DNA of 63,330 nucleotides from a virus, in the IMG/VR virus record IMGVR_UViG_3300037851_000912, positions 1 through 63,330 of that record, one strand, 5' to 3'. Each line of letters starts with the position of its first letter. The first letter of the stretch is position 1. The notes beneath the pieces were generated by a model that had not been told where the DNA came from, searched no databases, and was given only the letters and a program-made list of their open reading frames with translations. Both the position numbers and the translations under genes were made by a program. Below, piece after piece: positions 1 to 8,126 of this stretch.

Positions 1-127
1 CGCATGTGCTGGGCGCCCTCGCGTGGACGCAGCTGGCAAAGATGGACGGGTTCATCGACCGGCGACGCAGGATCGCGGCGATGTACCGCGAGCTGCTGCC
101 CGAGTTCTGGTGGCAGACGATGCCGCC
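1..127. repeat. Terminal overlap copy 1, identical to 63204..63330. The contig is circular or terminally redundant.
   Basis: Read directly: bases 1-127 (cgcatgtgctgggcgccc...gatgccgcc) recur exactly at 63204-63330. One ORF stays in frame across the junction. Confidence 0.95.
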
Positions 128-443
128 TGGAGGATCCGCATGGCTCGAGTTCGTCCGCTTCCCGGTCGAGCCGCCGACGGACCCGGTGGAGCTGGACGAG
201 CTGGGCATCAGCCCGAAGGTGAAGCGGATGGGCGACTGGCTGTTCGAGCGCCAGATCGAGGTGCGGCCCGGGTTCATCCCGCTGCGGCGCCACCCGGCGT
301 TCCGCGTGCCGCCGGATGGCGCCTGGACGGCCGCCGACGACGCCGTGTGGCGAGGGCTCTGCCTGCCTTCGCACCCCGGCCTCGACGACGCGGACGTGCT
401 GTCGGTGGTGAGGGCGGTCAGGGAGGCATGGGAGGTCGCATGA
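1..443 (+). CDS. DegT/DnrJ/EryC1-type PLP sugar aminotransferase, C-terminal part. Same gene as 62483..63330; the unique part is 128..443.
   Basis: Frame of track ORF 6..443. It is in phase with the 62483 start once the 63203 offset is removed. Stop TGA 441-443 overlaps the next ATG (ATGA). Confidence 0.85.
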   Translation, partial: HVLGALAWTQLAKMDGFIDRRRRIAAMYRELLPEFWWQTMPPGGSAWLEFVRFPVEPPTDPVELDELGISPKVKRMGDWLFERQIEVRPGFIPLRRHPAFRVPPDGAWTAADDAVWRGLCLPSHPGLDDADVLSVVRAVREAWEVA

Positions 444-1402
444 AGAAGCGGGCGTTGATCTTCGGCGCGAGCGGGCAGGACGGCCCGTATCTGGCGACCG
501 AGCTGATCGAGCGCGGCTACGAGGTGTGGGGCTGCGTGCCTGGGTGGGACCCGAAGGTGCTGGCGATGCAGTCCCGAGAGCCGCGGATGCAGGTCGTCTA
601 CGGCGACCTGATGGACCCGCACCTGCCGAGCCGTATGCTCGACCACGTGGAGCCCGACGTCGTGTACAGCCTTGCGGCGATCACGTTCGTCCCGGCGTCC
701 TGGGCCGAGGTCGACCCGACCGTCCTGACGAACGGCGTGTTCCCGGTGCGCCTGCTCGAAGCCGTGCGGACGATGGCGCCGCACGTGAAGGTGTACCAGG
801 CCAGCACGTCGGAGATGTTCGGCAAAAGCGCCCCGCCGCAGTCGATCGACACGCCGTTCCTGCCGGTGAGCCCGTACGCCGCGGCGAAACTGCTGGCGCA
901 CCACGCCGTGCACGTGTACCGAGAGAGCTACGGCCTGTTCGCGGTCTCTGGCGTACTGTTCAATCACGAGAGCCCGCACCGGGGCCGCGAGTTCGTGACC
1001 CGTCATGTCTCGATCAGCGTCGCCCGGGCCAGGGCCGGCCAGATCCGAGAGGCGCCGATCGGGAACCTCGCCGGGCTGAGGGATTGGGGCCACGCCGCAG
1101 ACTACGTCCGGGCGATGGTGCTGATGATGGAGAACGACGAGCCGAAGGACTACGTCGTCGGGACCGGCACGATGCACAGCGTCCAAGAGCTGGTCGACTA
1201 CGCGACGGCGATTGCGGCGGTCGACCCGGAGCTGTTCGTCGTGTCGCCGAAGCGAATGCGCCTGGCCGAGACCGCTCCGTTGCAGGCCGACAGCCGGCCG
1301 ATTCGGGACGAGCTGCATTGGCAGCCACGCTACGACTTCGAGGCGCTGATCCGAGAAATGGTGCTGGCCGACATCGAACGGGTCGAGAGGGGCGAGCTGT
1401 GA
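440..1402 (+). CDS. gmd: GDP-mannose 4,6-dehydratase-like SDR
   Basis: ATG 440 inside track ORF 23..1402. MKKRALIFGASGQDGPYL is a Rossmann motif, SPYAAAKLLAHH is YxxxK, and GVLFNHESPHRGREFVTR is the classic GMD block. Confidence 0.85.
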   Translation: MKKRALIFGASGQDGPYLATELIERGYEVWGCVPGWDPKVLAMQSREPRMQVVYGDLMDPHLPSRMLDHVEPDVVYSLAAITFVPASWAEVDPTVLTNGVFPVRLLEAVRTMAPHVKVYQASTSEMFGKSAPPQSIDTPFLPVSPYAAAKLLAHHAVHVYRESYGLFAVSGVLFNHESPHRGREFVTRHVSISVARARAGQIREAPIGNLAGLRDWGHAADYVRAMVLMMENDEPKDYVVGTGTMHSVQELVDYATAIAAVDPELFVVSPKRMRLAETAPLQADSRPIRDELHWQPRYDFEALIREMVLADIERVERGEL

Positions 1403-2802
1403 GGGTCCTGATCGACTTCGTGTGGGAGAACCCGGAGGTCCCGGAGGGCGACAGCTCGTGGCTGTGGAGCCGCGACATCGCGAAGGCGCTGACCGAGCGT
1501 GGGCACTTCGTCTACTGGGTGACGCCGACCCGCGACGGCGACGGCGTCCTCGAGCGGGTCGAACGGCTCGAGGCGACGTCGAGCGCCCGCGAGGCCGAGG
1601 CCATCGTGCCGCCGTCCGTCGCCGCCCGGTGGGCCTCGCCGCTGCAGCCGCTCGACGCCGTGCTGACGAACAACCCGGTCCGGGCGATGGTGCTCGCGCA
1701 ATGGCTGAACACGCTGCACAAGGGCCAGGTCGAGATACCGGTCGTCGTGATGAACGTGAGCGTCAAGTTCCCGGGCTTCGACGAGCTCGGCGCCTTCGGG
1801 CCACGCGACCTCGCGATGTGGGCGTTCGGCTACGCGATGAACCCGAACGTCATGCCGAGCAAGTTCGCCCTCGAGCGGAGCCGCGACGCCGTGTTCGCGT
1901 ACTGCGGGCCGGCGCTGGTCGCGAAGTACGACGAGACGGCCGTGGTCGAGTACCTGGGCCCGCCGACGTCGGTCATCGACGAGGTGCGGCAGCCGAAGTT
2001 CGAGCGGTTCAGCCTGTACTACGGCGGGCGGTTCACCGCGACCAAGGGCGGCGAAGACGTCGTCAACGCCTACGTCCGGTTCCTGATTGGGGGCCGCAAG
2101 GACGCCGACGCCTACGTCACGCACGTCGGGATGGCCCAGCGGCTGCAGGAGGCGCTGGCGAAGTACGACGCCCGCGGGCTGGTCAACGTGCAGGGGAACC
2201 TCGGCTGGCGGCAGGCGGCGGCGCTGATGAGCCGCTGCCACGCCTCCGTGTTCTGGCAGTCGATGAGGATGTTTCCGAGCACGCCGTTCGAGCAGATGTA
2301 CGCCGGGCTCGCCGTCATGATCCGCCGAGACGAGTGGACCGACGAGTTCGTGCCGAAGGAGTACCCGTTCCAGTTCGAGTCGGCCGACGAGCTCGACGCC
2401 CTGCTCCGGTGGGTGGCCGAGAACCGAGATGAAGCGATGGCGAAGATCGCCTGGGTGCCCGAATGGGTAAAGGCGACGTACGACCGGCAGGCCGGCATCG
2501 GCCGGGTGCTGAATCGCCTCGAGGCCAGGACGGACGAGCTGGCCGCGTCGACCGTGGACGGGTACCACCGGCTGAAGGACACGAGGAAGGTGATTGCTGA
2601 GGCGATTGAGACGGTCGGCACGCCCGCGCCGCTGGGCCAGGTGGCGACCGTCCTGACGAGGATGCGGCCCGGGATGCTCCGGACGCACACGACGGCGAAG
2701 GGCCTGTTTATGAACGAGCTGCGGCGCCTCTGGCCGCCCGAGTACGTCGACACGTGCGAGGATCCCGAGCCGATGTTCGTCCGGACGGAGGTGGCGTCGT
2801 GA
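1399..2802 (+). CDS. Putative GT-B fold glycosyltransferase (467 aa)
   Basis: GTG 1399 with GTGA overlap, in track ORF 526..2802. The C-terminal half reads YYGGRFTATKGGEDVV ... PFEQMYAGLAVMI, which is E-x7-E-like. Family call is by eye only. Confidence 0.6.
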   Translation: MRVLIDFVWENPEVPEGDSSWLWSRDIAKALTERGHFVYWVTPTRDGDGVLERVERLEATSSAREAEAIVPPSVAARWASPLQPLDAVLTNNPVRAMVLAQWLNTLHKGQVEIPVVVMNVSVKFPGFDELGAFGPRDLAMWAFGYAMNPNVMPSKFALERSRDAVFAYCGPALVAKYDETAVVEYLGPPTSVIDEVRQPKFERFSLYYGGRFTATKGGEDVVNAYVRFLIGGRKDADAYVTHVGMAQRLQEALAKYDARGLVNVQGNLGWRQAAALMSRCHASVFWQSMRMFPSTPFEQMYAGLAVMIRRDEWTDEFVPKEYPFQFESADELDALLRWVAENRDEAMAKIAWVPEWVKATYDRQAGIGRVLNRLEARTDELAASTVDGYHRLKDTRKVIAEAIETVGTPAPLGQVATVLTRMRPGMLRTHTTAKGLFMNELRRLWPPEYVDTCEDPEPMFVRTEVAS

Positions 2803-3521
2803 CCGAGGTCCGGCTGCCGGTGCTGGTCGACATCGCGCTGATCGACGTCGTGGAATGGAACCCGAACGAGGAGAGCGAGGCGGTATTCGCCCAGTTGGTG
2901 CAGAAGATCCGGGAGCAGGGGTTCAAGCACCCGGTCGACCTCGTGCCGGACGGCGAGCGGTACCGCGTCATCGCCGGCGAGCACCGGGTCAAGGCAGCCG
3001 CGGTCGTCGGGCTGTCGCAGGTGCCGGCGTACATCGACGACGTGTCGGAGGAGGACCGCCAACAGATCGAGAGCATCCGCGACAACGTCGTCCGGGGCAC
3101 GGTCGACCCGGCCCGCTTCACGCGCATCTACGGGAAGCTGGCCCACAAGTACGGGCCCGACGCGCTGCGCCGGATGATGGGGCTGACCGAGGAGGCCGCG
3201 TTCCGGCGTTTGTACCGCGACACGCAGCGGTCCCTGCCGCCCGAGATCCGCAAGCGGATGGCCGCCTCGAAGAAGGAGGTCGCGACGGTCGAGGACCTGG
3301 GCCGGGTGCTGCAGGAGATCTTCGCCACGTACGGCTCGTCGGTCGACCTGTCGTTCGTCGTGTTCAGCTTCGGGGGCCGGGAGCACCTGCTCGTCCGGTG
3401 CGAGAAGCGAGCCTGGGACAACCTGCAGCGCATCACCGACGAGTGCGTCGAGGCCGGGGTGGACGTGAACGACCGGCTGAACCAGCTGCTCGAGCAGTTC
3501 CTGCCCTTCGGCGAGGACTGA
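2799..3521 (+). CDS. ParB/Srx-like N-terminal domain protein, paralog 1
   Basis: GTG 2799 with GTGA overlap. Contains IALIDVVEWNPN ... YRVIAGEHRVKAAAVVGL. Collinear full-length similarity to 60584..61354. Confidence 0.7.
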   Translation: MTEVRLPVLVDIALIDVVEWNPNEESEAVFAQLVQKIREQGFKHPVDLVPDGERYRVIAGEHRVKAAAVVGLSQVPAYIDDVSEEDRQQIESIRDNVVRGTVDPARFTRIYGKLAHKYGPDALRRMMGLTEEAAFRRLYRDTQRSLPPEIRKRMAASKKEVATVEDLGRVLQEIFATYGSSVDLSFVVFSFGGREHLLVRCEKRAWDNLQRITDECVEAGVDVNDRLNQLLEQFLPFGED

Positions 3522-3524
3522 CCC

Positions 3525-4241
3525 GTGCCGCGCCCGCGGAAGAAGCCAGACCGGCGGCCGAAGGTGCCGCGGGTCATGCCGGCCGCCATCCGAGAGGCGT
3601 ACGACCCGTACGAGCCCGCGGTATGGGTCGCCTCCCGGGTGCCGCGCTGGCAGCCGCTCGTCAAGCACGAGAAGTTCCGGGTCATCCTCGGGATGCTGCT
3701 CTCGGGCCGGGGACCGTGGCGGACCGCCGACTGGATCCGTGCGAACGTCCCGGCGAACGACGCGCTGGGCGTCGACAAGCTGTCGCGCCTCGCGCTGGCC
3801 CGGCGCCTGCAGCGGTTCCAGAAGGCGCTGCCCGACCGGGTCGGCATCGCCGCGACGTTCCTCGACGAGAAGTTCGTCCGGGTCGACGTCGACCTCGACG
3901 AGATCGCCGAGATCGACGGGCTGATCCGCTACCAGAAGTTCCGGCTGGGCATCCTGGGCATGAAGGAGGCCGACTTCGGCGTGCCGGTCGAACAGCAGGG
4001 CCGCGAGGTCGACCGGCTGGCGAACCTGCTCGTCCGGCGGAAGCTGCTGCTGGACGGGGTGATGAACGTGACGCAGCAGACGGTCGGGCAGCAGGTGAAC
4101 GTGGTCGTCCAGCAGTCCGAGGCCGCGTCATCGGTCGCCGGGTACCTGCGCGACAACCCCGCCGCGATCCCGAAGCTGATGAGCCTGTTCGACGACCTCG
4201 AGCCAGCGGTCGTGGTGATCGAGGAGGAGACGACGACGTGA
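3525..4241 (+). CDS. Candidate small terminase subunit
   Basis: GTG 3525. Basic N-terminus MPRPRKKPDRRPK. Lies immediately upstream of the large terminase and overlaps it (GTGA). The call rests on position only. Confidence 0.45.
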   Translation: MPRPRKKPDRRPKVPRVMPAAIREAYDPYEPAVWVASRVPRWQPLVKHEKFRVILGMLLSGRGPWRTADWIRANVPANDALGVDKLSRLALARRLQRFQKALPDRVGIAATFLDEKFVRVDVDLDEIAEIDGLIRYQKFRLGILGMKEADFGVPVEQQGREVDRLANLLVRRKLLLDGVMNVTQQTVGQQVNVVVQQSEAASSVAGYLRDNPAAIPKLMSLFDDLEPAVVVIEEETTT

Positions 4242-6025
4242 CCGCCGCACCGCTGGCCGACATCGCGAGCCTCGAAGCGGAGGACGTGGCCGAGCTGCGC
4301 CTGCAGTACGACCCGTGGTACTGGGCGCGCTACCGGGCGAACGTCCAGCTGCCGAAGACCGGGCCGCTCGAGCTCGAGTCGCACCCGTTCCTGCGAGACG
4401 TGTTCAGAGACACGCACCCCGAGATCGTCGTGATCAAGGGCGCCCAGATGGGCTTCAGCACGACCGCGCTGATCCGGACGTTCTGGTTCGCGACGACGTT
4501 CCCGGTGACGGCGATGTACACGTTCCCGAGCGGGTCGGACGTGACGAAGTTCACGCAGAGCCGCATCAACCCTCTGATTAGCGGGACGCCGTACCTGCGG
4601 AAGCGCATCGTCGACGTGAACAGCGTCACGATCAAGCAGTTCCGGGTCATGCACGAGTCGGAGATGGAGCGATGGCTCGCGCTGCCAAGCCACAAGCGCC
4701 CGGCCTGGAGCGGGCAACGCTCGACGCTGTACTTCAGCGGCGCGAGCACCGAGAAGGACGCCGCAACGGTCGACGCCGACCTTGTGGTGCACGACGAGGA
4801 AGACCTGGCCGACCCGCAGATCATCGAGCAGTTCGAGAGCCGGCTGGACGCGTCGAAGTTCAAGTGGCGGTTCCGACTGTCGACCCCGCGCATCCCGGGC
4901 GCCGGCATCGACCGGGTGTGGAAGACGACCGACATGCGGAAATGGTTCGTCCGGTGCAGCCGCTGTAACAGCGAGTTCGAGATGGCGTTCCCCGGTGGGC
5001 CGTGGGACTACTCTTGCATCGAGCCGGTCAGCGTCGCGGAGTTCGAGCGGATGGGCAAGGCGCGCTACGTCTGCCCGCGTTGCAAGGGCACGCTGAGCGA
5101 CGCCGACCGGGCGGCCGGGCGCTGGATCGCCACCGCGCCGGGACCGGCGTCCCGGGCCCACGGGTACCAGGTCAGTCAGATGGCCGCGCCGTGGGTGACG
5201 GCCGAGCGCGTCCTGCAGCGGCGCAGCCGAGCCACGTGGGAGAGCGACTTCTGGAACCTCGTGATGGGCATCCCGTGGGAGGAGGGTACGAACGCGATGA
5301 CCCGCGACGCCCTGCTCGGACGGCAGGACACGACGCGGGCCATGCAGCAGACGGCGGTCGGCGGGTTCATGGGCGTCGACGTCGGGGCGAAGCTCGACGT
5401 GATCGTGGACGTCATGGAGGAGGGCCGGCCGAGGACGGTGCACATGGGGCGATACGACTCGTTCGACGAAATGGACGGGCTGATGGCCCGCTTCGACGTC
5501 CGGACGTGCGTCGTGGACGCCGCGCCTGACTCGCATTTGACGCGCCAGTTCGCCGACCGATACAACGACTACGAGAGCGGCAGGATCAGGGTGTGGCGGG
5601 TGACGTACGGCGGCGGGCCGAAGGGCCCGCAGGTCGTGTGGAACGAGAAAACGGGCGACGTCACCGCTCCGCGGACCGAGATCTTGAGCAAGTCGGCCGA
5701 CGAGCTGTTGGCCGAGCGGGTACTGCCGAGGTACGACGGCAGCGAGGCGTACGAGGCGTTCCTCGTGCACCATTGGAACAGCAAGAAGGTGCCGCAGTTC
5801 GTCGAGGGCTTGGAGAGCCAGGGTGTCCTCGCCGGGTACAAGTGGGTCGAGGTCGGGCCGGACCACCTGTTCCACGCCGCGACGTACGCGATGCTGGCGC
5901 GGATGGCGCCCCGGGACCAGGCCCCGCCGATGATCGGGCTGGTGAGCCTGCGCCGGCGTCCGCAGGGCTCGAACGTCGAGGCCCCGGTGTACCGGCCGGC
6001 GAGCGTTCGGCCGCCGAGCCGATGA
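4238..6025 (+). CDS. Large terminase subunit, GpA/lambda-like
   Basis: GTG 4238 within track ORF 2855..6025. VVIKGAQMGFSTT is Walker A-like and LVVHDEED is Walker B-like. Zn-ribbon CSRCNS...CPRCKG. Confidence 0.8.
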   Translation: MTAAPLADIASLEAEDVAELRLQYDPWYWARYRANVQLPKTGPLELESHPFLRDVFRDTHPEIVVIKGAQMGFSTTALIRTFWFATTFPVTAMYTFPSGSDVTKFTQSRINPLISGTPYLRKRIVDVNSVTIKQFRVMHESEMERWLALPSHKRPAWSGQRSTLYFSGASTEKDAATVDADLVVHDEEDLADPQIIEQFESRLDASKFKWRFRLSTPRIPGAGIDRVWKTTDMRKWFVRCSRCNSEFEMAFPGGPWDYSCIEPVSVAEFERMGKARYVCPRCKGTLSDADRAAGRWIATAPGPASRAHGYQVSQMAAPWVTAERVLQRRSRATWESDFWNLVMGIPWEEGTNAMTRDALLGRQDTTRAMQQTAVGGFMGVDVGAKLDVIVDVMEEGRPRTVHMGRYDSFDEMDGLMARFDVRTCVVDAAPDSHLTRQFADRYNDYESGRIRVWRVTYGGGPKGPQVVWNEKTGDVTAPRTEILSKSADELLAERVLPRYDGSEAYEAFLVHHWNSKKVPQFVEGLESQGVLAGYKWVEVGPDHLFHAATYAMLARMAPRDQAPPMIGLVSLRRRPQGSNVEAPVYRPASVRPPSR

Positions 6026-6252
6026 CCGGGCTCCGCTCGTTCAGCCGACAGCAGCTGCTTGCGATGCCGTGGGACGAGCTCGAGTCGCTGGGGCTCTGCG
6101 AGTGCGGCACGCCGCTGGCGTCGCACCCGAAGCTGCCGAAGGTTCGACCGCTGACGAGCTGGAAGGCGCAGCGGTCGATCGAGGAGGGGCTGTCGCAGAA
6201 CGCGACGAAGCACCAGAGCGCCCGGAAGCGGGCGTGGAACCGGGTCGTGTAG
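6022..6252 (+). CDS. Hypothetical protein (76 aa)
   Basis: ATG 6022 with ATGA overlap on the terminase stop. High third-position G+C. Followed directly by hairpin copy 1. Confidence 0.6.
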   Translation: MTGLRSFSRQQLLAMPWDELESLGLCECGTPLASHPKLPKVRPLTSWKAQRSIEEGLSQNATKHQSARKRAWNRVV

Positions 6253-6271
6253 TCATTCCGCACGGAATGAC
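6252..6271 (+). terminator. CATTCCGCACGGAATG hairpin element, copy 1
   Basis: gtCATTCC-GCAC-GGAATGac begins at the last base of the stop codon of 6022..6252. It is the first element of regulatory cassette A. Confidence 0.7.
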
Positions 6272-6313
6272 GCCCTGAGCCATCTGTCACGCGCCCCTGA
6301 GCCACACTTCCCC

Positions 6314-6342
6314 TTGACGCCCATGTGGCGCGATGTCAACAT
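6314..6342 (+). promoter_or_regulatory. Sigma-70-type promoter, family copy A
   Basis: TTGACG (6314-19), 17-nt spacer ending in TGT, then CAACAT (6337-42), followed by the conserved GAAGGTATGAAA. Confidence 0.65.
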
Positions 6343-6348
6343 GAAGGT

Positions 6349-6534
6349 ATGAAATCCAACGGCAAAGAGCAGGACTGCGTCCACGCGCAAGCGGTCGTCG
6401 TCTGCGGCGAACGGCGCTGCCCTCGTTGCTACGAGCTCGAGCTCGAGCGGTCCTACCGCGAACGCTCGATGCCGCGTGGCCGGGTCGTCGTCTTCCGCAA
6501 CGACCACGGGCACCAGAGCTTCCGGGTCGAGTAG
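6349..6534 (+). CDS. Small Cys-rich protein, possibly leaderless
   Basis: ATG 6349 lies 7 nt after the -10 hexamer. MKSNGKEQDCVH..CGERRCPRC. In frame with the track start at 6325. Confidence 0.5.
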   Translation: MKSNGKEQDCVHAQAVVVCGERRCPRCYELELERSYRERSMPRGRVVVFRNDHGHQSFRVE

Positions 6535-6547
6535 CCCGGCGAAAGGA

Positions 6548-6562
6548 TTGGAGGCAGAGGCG
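6548..6562 (+). promoter_or_regulatory. Start-associated motif TTGGAGGCAGAGGCG
   Basis: Abuts ATG 6563. The same 20-mer TTGGAGGCAGAGGCGATGAA occurs at 49099 and 49388. Confidence 0.8.
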
Positions 6563-6874
6563 ATGAAGGTCCGGGATCTGATTGAGGAGCTGGAGGCGTA
6601 CGACGGCGACGCCGAAGTGCGGCTGATGAGTCAGCCCTCGTGGCCGTTCGAGTACAGCATCGAGGGACTGTGGACCGTCGAGAAGGCGGAGCACAGCGGG
6701 ACCTCGTGCGAACGGTCGGAGGAGTACGACCCCGATGCCGATGACGAAGACGAGTGCTTGGCGTGCGAGGCGGACGGGTTCGAGCCCCACGAGGCCGACG
6801 GCGACGTGGTGTATCTGCTCGAGGGGTCGCAGCTCGGCTACGGGGCGAAGAAGGCGTGGGAAGGCGGCTGGTGA
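6563..6874 (+). CDS. Strongly acidic small protein (103 aa)
   Basis: ATG 6563 after the motif. Contains EEYDPDADDEDECLACEADGFEPHEADGD. High GC3. Confidence 0.7.
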   Translation: MKVRDLIEELEAYDGDAEVRLMSQPSWPFEYSIEGLWTVEKAEHSGTSCERSEEYDPDADDEDECLACEADGFEPHEADGDVVYLLEGSQLGYGAKKAWEGGW

Positions 6875-7098
6875 TGAGCGAGCTGACGAAGCTGACGACG
6901 GCCCGACGCGTCGATCGTCGACGCTGGGTCTGCGTCCTGGCGGACGACGGCGGAGTGTTCTGGGTGGGGATGCTGGTCGACGGCGAGTTCCACGCCCGCG
7001 ACCAGTACGGGACCGGGGCTGCCGGCGAGCACGCGGCTGTGGTAGCCGCCCGCATCTGGGCGGATGGCATCGTCCGCGACAAGGAGTGGACGCGATGA
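6874..7098 (+). CDS. Hypothetical protein
   Basis: ATG 6874 with ATGA overlap; GTG 6871 is also possible. Frame of track ORF 6754..7098. Confidence 0.6.
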   Translation: MSELTKLTTARRVDRRRWVCVLADDGGVFWVGMLVDGEFHARDQYGTGAAGEHAAVVAARIWADGIVRDKEWTR

Positions 7099-7322
7099 AG
7101 TGCGCGGTGAAGACGTGCATCAAGAGCGAGGCGGCGCACGCCCGCGAAGTGGAGTACATCGCGAGGACGGACGGCCCGCGGGCAGCCATCGAGTTCGAGC
7201 TGCGCCACGAGTTCGTCGAAGACGAGTGCCCGTATTGCGGCTCGACCGAGACGACCGAGCTGGTAGACGATGGGCCGCCCGAGCAGTCGATCACGATCTG
7301 CGCCGGCTGCGGCGCCGACTGA
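7095..7322 (+). CDS. Hypothetical Zn-ribbon protein
   Basis: ATG 7095 with ATGA overlap. CPYCGS ... CAGCG. Confidence 0.6.
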   Translation: MKCAVKTCIKSEAAHAREVEYIARTDGPRAAIEFELRHEFVEDECPYCGSTETTELVDDGPPEQSITICAGCGAD

Positions 7323-7334
7323 GAGGCAAAGACG

Positions 7335-7745
7335 ATGCGAGAGAGCAAGTTCTACGGCGAGTCGTGGTCGACCGAGGCGACGTGCCAGGGCTGCGAAGCG
7401 TGCGGCTTCGGGCGTGTTCGCCCGTGCCCGTCGCAATCGGACGCGTGGTGGCAGACGGCGCGAGCCGCGAGCCGCGAGGTCGACTTCGGCGTGTGGTGGC
7501 GCGAGCCGAAGGCGACCGGCGGGTACGACACGGGCTGGCGGCTGACGTGGGTGGAGGCGACCGGCGAGGTGTACCGGACGAAGGACGGCGAAGTGTTCGG
7601 CATGGGTCAGGTGGCCGACGAAGCGACGATCGAGAAGCTGCTCGAAGGCTGGGCCGACCGGATGACGACCGACGACCTCGACTGGGTGCGCGATCAGCTC
7701 GATGAGCTGTCGGCCGCGCTGTCGACGCCGCCCCGGCTGCGGTAG
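7335..7745 (+). CDS. Hypothetical protein
   Basis: ATG 7335 preceded by GAGAGGCAAAGACG, a degenerate form of the start motif. High GC3. Confidence 0.65.
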   Translation: MRESKFYGESWSTEATCQGCEACGFGRVRPCPSQSDAWWQTARAASREVDFGVWWREPKATGGYDTGWRLTWVEATGEVYRTKDGEVFGMGQVADEATIEKLLEGWADRMTTDDLDWVRDQLDELSAALSTPPRLR

Positions 7746-7766
7746 AAGGCGGGGCTGGCCGCTCCG

Positions 7767-7802
7767 CTGGGCGCCCGTGGGTCTCGGGGTCCGGGCGCCC
7801 AG
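7767..7802 (+). terminator. Stem-loop after 7335..7745
   Basis: CTGGGCGCCCG, a 14-nt loop, then CGGGCGCCCAG: an 11-bp perfect stem. No U-tract. Confidence 0.45.
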
Positions 7803-7829
7803 CAGAGCGGCGAGCGACCGCTCGAAGCA

Positions 7830-7841
7830 GGAGGTAGAGGC
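7830..7841 (+). promoter_or_regulatory. Start-associated motif variant GGAGGTAGAGGC
   Basis: Abuts ATG 7842. One substitution (C to T) relative to the core. Confidence 0.65.
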
Positions 7842-8126
7842 ATGGGCGCAAGCCCCGATTACGAGTGCGTGGAGTACGACGGGACCGTGACCGTCGGCGT
7901 CATGTACCAGCGCATCGCCGACGAGCGAGCGTACGAGTCCGGGCATTCGAAGGAGCCGAGCGACGTGACCCGCGAGGACGCGCAGCGGGCAGCCGCGCAC
8001 GGGCTCGACCTGCTCCAGCTGGAGCGGGCGGCGCAGGTCTACGACGACAAGTGGGGACCGGCCGTCGCGTTCGTCGGCGGGCCGCTCACGAATGGGATGC
8101 GGATTGCTCTCGTTGACGGCGCCTGA
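7842..8126 (+). CDS. Hypothetical protein
   Basis: ATG directly after the motif. High GC3. Confidence 0.7.
   Translation: MGASPDYECVEYDGTVTVGVMYQRIADERAYESGHSKEPSDVTREDAQRAAAHGLDLLQLERAAQVYDDKWGPAVAFVGGPLTNGMRIALVDGA

Noticed and set aside
1-127. Terminal 127-nt repeat as a genuine biological direct terminal repeat
   Set aside because: It cannot be distinguished from an assembler overlap using sequence alone. It falls in the middle of an enzyme gene, and its length equals a common maximal k-mer size, so an artefact is more likely.
23-439. N-terminal extension of track ORF 23..1402, with similar run-ins at 526..1398 and 2855..4237
   Set aside because: The upstream parts overlap better-supported genes in other frames and translate to Arg/Ala/Gly-rich junk. 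The internal starts with ATGA/GTGA coupling coincide with the onset of recognisable family motifs.
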